A stretch of DNA of 32,000 bases, taken from contig OZ252279.1 of the NCBI GenBank assembly GCA_965250005.1, forward strand, positions 990,001 through 1,022,000. The letters are read 5' to 3'. The position numbers and the translations under genes are program-made. The notes beneath the pieces are model-generated. The model was not told the DNA's origin and did no database searches. It was given only the letters and a program-made list of their open reading frames with translations. How positions within the stretch are numbered: the first letter of the stretch is position 1; each line of letters starts with the position of its first letter. The DNA comes from Demequinaceae bacterium. Lineage in GTDB: Bacteria > Actinomycetota > Actinomycetes > Actinomycetales > Demequinaceae. Below are positions 29,295-32,000 of this stretch, piece by piece.

Positions 29295-29615
29295 CTAGAC
29301 GGCGCGGCGCTTGAGCTTGCGGCGTTCACGCTCTGACAAGCCGCCCCAGATGCCGAATCGCTCGTCATTCTCGAGCGCATAGTCTAGGCACTCCGAGCGA
29401 ACGTCGCACGACGCGCAGACCTTTTTGGCTTCACGAGTGGAGCCCCCCTTTTCGGGGAAGAACGCCTCGGGATCCGTCTGTGCGCACAGGGAGCGCTCTT
29501 GCCACCCGAGCGGTCCTTCATCCTCGCCGTCTCCGAAGATGTTGACGACTGACGCGAGCGCCGGAACTGGTTTGCCTGCGTCCGAGGGGAGCGAACCCTC
29601 ATAGAGACTCCACAC
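29295..29615 (-). CDS. WhiB family transcriptional regulator (WhiB2/WhmD-like)
   Basis: ERSLCAQTDPEAFFPEKGGSTREAKKVCASCDVRSECLDYALENDERFGIWGGLSERERRKLKR, with four Cys and G(I/V)WGG. GTG start 29615 with AAGGAGGG SD. Confidence 0.95.
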   Translation of the reverse strand: MWSLYEGSLPSDAGKPVPALASVVNIFGDGEDEGPLGWQERSLCAQTDPEAFFPEKGGSTREAKKVCASCDVRSECLDYALENDERFGIWGGLSERERRKLKRRAV

Positions 29616-29660
29616 GAAGCCCTCCTTCGTTCGCCGCAGCAATGGTAGAACTGCACTGAG

Positions 29661-29682
29661 GGAATTACACCCGTGTAATCCC
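29661..29682. promoter_or_regulatory. 22-bp near-perfect palindrome upstream of whiB (candidate operator)
   Basis: GGAATTACAC-CC-GTGTAATCCC; 10-bp arms with one mismatch. Confidence 0.6.
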
Positions 29683-29699
29683 GCCGCGTCAAATCGAAA

Positions 29700-30701
29700 C
29701 TACCGCATTCCGCGCCAGAAGCCTAGACCCCAACTCAGATGCATGGTCGCGAGAACGGTCGGAGTCCACCACGCGCCAACCAAGCCAGTGCGCCTCAAGA
29801 GGGCGAATGCGGCGACGGCGAGCCCGGCCCCATAGGCGATGGGTGCCGCAAATGCCACCACAAGCCACGCTGTCTGAGTCGCCACGCCAGCAATCCCAAC
29901 GGCCCAACTCACCGCAAGTGCGGCGACCAGGGCGGGCGGGGCGAGATAGCGAACCGAAGCGGTCCCCTTGTGTGTGCGAACGACCTCGCGCCGCCATCGG
30001 CCCGACGCGTGGAACTGGCGCGCAACCGCGCGAACACTCGCGCGCGGGCTGTACTCGACGCGCATTCCGGGCACGAACCACACCACATACCCCGCCTCGA
30101 CCAGACGATGATTTAGCTCCCAGTCCTGGGCGCGAGAGAACTTCTCGTCGAAGCCGCCAACGCTGTCAACCGCAGCACGCCTAAACGTCCCGAGGAATAC
30201 CGAGTCCACTGGGCCGGGTTCGCCTCCCACGTGAAAGCGCGCGCCGCCGATTCCCCACCTTGAGCTCATCGCCGCGGCCACCGAGCGTTGGAGCGCAGTG
30301 GTGCCTACCGGAACCATTTGACCGCCAACGTTCGCCGCTCCAGTTTGAGCGAGCGCCTCAACCGCCTCGGCAATGTACCCGGCAGGCAGAACCGTGTGAC
30401 CGTCAATCCGGACGATCACGTCGCGGGTGGTTGCCGCAAGCGCGAGGTTGAGGCCCTGTGGCGTGAGCCCGGTTGGGTTGTCGACAACGGCCACGCAGCG
30501 GTCTTTCGCAAGCGCTTTGGCGACCTCGCCTGTCGCGTCGTGAGACGGCCCCACGGCGATCACCAATTCTACACCTGGTCCATGCCCGTTATCGAGTACG
30601 CTCCTCACGGCGCGCTCAAGGTGCTGCTCCTCGTTGAGGACGGTCATGATCACGCTAACGGGCTCGCGCACGCGCAGCGGCGGCAACTGGGGATTCGTCA
30701 C
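29700..30701 (-). CDS. Glycosyltransferase family 2 protein (ExoA-like)
   Basis: VSVIMTVLNEEQHLERAVRSVL...DVIVRIDGHTVLPAGYI...VDSVFLGTFRRAAVDSVGGFDEKFSRAQDWELNHRLVEAGYVVWF, C-terminal TM helices. Confidence 0.92.
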   Translation of the reverse strand: MTNPQLPPLRVREPVSVIMTVLNEEQHLERAVRSVLDNGHGPGVELVIAVGPSHDATGEVAKALAKDRCVAVVDNPTGLTPQGLNLALAATTRDVIVRIDGHTVLPAGYIAEAVEALAQTGAANVGGQMVPVGTTALQRSVAAAMSSRWGIGGARFHVGGEPGPVDSVFLGTFRRAAVDSVGGFDEKFSRAQDWELNHRLVEAGYVVWFVPGMRVEYSPRASVRAVARQFHASGRWRREVVRTHKGTASVRYLAPPALVAALAVSWAVGIAGVATQTAWLVVAFAAPIAYGAGLAVAAFALLRRTGLVGAWWTPTVLATMHLSWGLGFWRGMR

Positions 30702-30767
30702 CTGACGAGGTTAACGCGAAGCCAGGCAACAGCAGCACTGCGCCGCGCGTTACACATAGAGCAAACG

Positions 30768-30773
30768 TACAAT
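30768..30773 (+). promoter_or_regulatory. Candidate -10 hexamer TACAAT upstream of LCP gene
   Basis: TACAAT 10 nt before an ATG mini-ORF; -35 not convincing. Confidence 0.4.
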
Positions 30774-30811
30774 GGGGAAACAATGACCAGGATTCTGTTA
30801 GTGGCCTGCGC

Positions 30812-32000
30812 GTGAGCGCGTTTCGGCGTCGCCCCCGTCGTCACGCGTCGAAGGCCCGCGATTTTCCGCTGGTACGCACGGCGGCTTGGGCCGTCGCTGC
30901 CGCCGCGGGATTCGCCATGATGTACCCCATCGCACTCGTAGCAACCGCGCTCGACGAGGCCACCGTGGTCGACGTCGGGGGGCTGATTGGCGAAAACCGC
31001 CCGCCTGCACCCCTGCCCCCGGTTGACGGCACCAAGGGCTCCGCGATCAACATCCTGCTCATGGGATCGGACGTGCGCACGGGCGCAAATAGTGTGATCG
31101 GCGGCAACGTAGCCGGTGGCATGCGCAACGACACCACCATCATCATGCACATCTCGGCAGATCGAACCCGTGTCGAAATGATCTCGATTCCTCGCGACTC
31201 CGTTGTTCCGATCCCCGACTGCAAATTGTTTGACGGAACCATCAAGCGCGGTTGGACGGGCAATTTCAACATTGCCTTCGCAAACGGCGGAATCAATGGC
31301 AATCCGGCAGAGGCAGCGGCTTGCACCATCAACGCGGTTGAAGCGCTGACAGACATCTACATCCACTACTACGCGGTGGTCGACTTCACGGGATTCATCG
31401 GCATGATCGACGCCATCGGCGGCGTACCCATGTGCATTCCACACGACATCTACTCGTCCAAGGCCAAACTCAACATCAAGGCGGGCCCCCAAGTGCTCGA
31501 CGGCTGGACCGCTCTCGCGTACGCCCGCCTTCGCAAGGCTGAGTCGAGCGGCGGAACCGTCGACGGCACGGACCTCCAGCGCATCGAGCGCCAACAGGAA
31601 CTCCTCGCGAATACCGCCGAGTACGCGCTCGAGCGGGGAATCCTCTTCCGCCCAACCGAGCTACAAGAATTCCTATCGGCGGGGGCATCGTCCGTGACAA
31701 TGAGCCCCGAGCTTGCTGACATCAAATATCTCGTCGGCCTCACCTTCAGCCTGCGGAACATTCAAAAGGAGAACATCGTCTTCGTCACCGTGCCGTGGCG
31801 CTTCCGCGGTAAGCAACTCGGCGGCGTCGCCTGGACACCCGCAGCGCAGACGCTCTTCGATGACGTAATCGCTGACCGACCTATCGCCGGACGCTCGGTT
31901 GCCGATGCGAGCAACATCGCCGTGCCTAAACCGGTACCCACTGCCGGACCCGCAACCACGCCATCGCCAGGCGCTAACGAAGAGGACGACGGGGTCGATC
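30812..32000 (+). CDS. LytR-CpsA-Psr (LCP) family protein, truncated by window end
   Basis: GTG at 30812. TM then INILLMGSDVRTGANSVIGGNVAGGMRNDTTIIMHISADRTRVEMISIPRDSVVPIPDC...YAVVDFTGFIGMIDAIGGVPMCIPHDI...LAYARLRKAE. Confidence 0.95.
   Translation, partial: MSAFRRRPRRHASKARDFPLVRTAAWAVAAAAGFAMMYPIALVATALDEATVVDVGGLIGENRPPAPLPPVDGTKGSAINILLMGSDVRTGANSVIGGNVAGGMRNDTTIIMHISADRTRVEMISIPRDSVVPIPDCKLFDGTIKRGWTGNFNIAFANGGINGNPAEAAACTINAVEALTDIYIHYYAVVDFTGFIGMIDAIGGVPMCIPHDIYSSKAKLNIKAGPQVLDGWTALAYARLRKAESSGGTVDGTDLQRIERQQELLANTAEYALERGILFRPTELQEFLSAGASSVTMSPELADIKYLVGLTFSLRNIQKENIVFVTVPWRFRGKQLGGVAWTPAAQTLFDDVIADRPIAGRSVADASNIAVPKPVPTAGPATTPSPGANEEDDGVD

Noticed and set aside
30698-31594. 298-aa minus-strand ORF opposite the LCP gene
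   Set aside because: Antisense to an unambiguous LytR-CpsA-Psr domain; no SD and no family motif.
1-32000. CRISPR arrays, transposons/integrases, phage genes, toxin-antitoxin pairs, tRNA/rRNA, new defence island
   Set aside because: No regularly spaced repeats, no transposase or integrase motifs and no recognisable RNA genes. Nearly all DNA is accounted for by core actinobacterial genes, so I see no evidence for a wholly new system here.

Overview
The window is high-GC actinobacterial chromosome (Micrococcales-like gene content, inferred from gene families only). It looks like ordinary, densely packed core genome. The left edge carries part of a Flp/Tad-type pilus locus: a CpaE-like ATPase and a CpaB/RcpC-like SAF protein. 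Next come a small excisionase-type HTH gene, a duplicated Sm-like-fold hypothetical, a LysM protein, an Rv3235-family protein and secA. They are followed by an EamA transporter, long-form hpf, comF, lpqB and mtrB-mtrA. A membrane-protein, DUF4129, DUF4350, MoxR, DUF58 cluster follows, with divergent SpoIIM-type and RDD-family genes. Then come ahcY, a CDF transporter, a phosphomannomutase and DUF3499. The right part has a zincin-like peptidase with a degenerate active site, DUF5719, a 1057-aa GT2 membrane protein, whiB, a second GT2 and a LytR-CpsA-Psr protein cut by the window end. I found no CRISPR array, tRNA, rRNA, transposon, phage module or convincing new defence system. The most useful second looks are small: (i) the EamA gene has no ATG/GTG/TTG start covering its first membrane helix, but has a CTG in a CTGA overlap with the hpf stop; (ii) the hpf leader holds an 11-nt perfect complement to the 16S 3' tail plus a perfect hairpin; (iii) a near-perfect 22-bp palindrome lies upstream of whiB; (iv) three tandem 10-bp repeats lie just downstream of a promoter-like element before the LysM gene; (v) a 10-codon mini-ORF has a TGA that overlaps the GTG start of the LCP gene; (vi) one hypothetical protein looks like a tandem duplication of an Sm-like barrel. 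All assignments are from reading the sequence; no database search was run.
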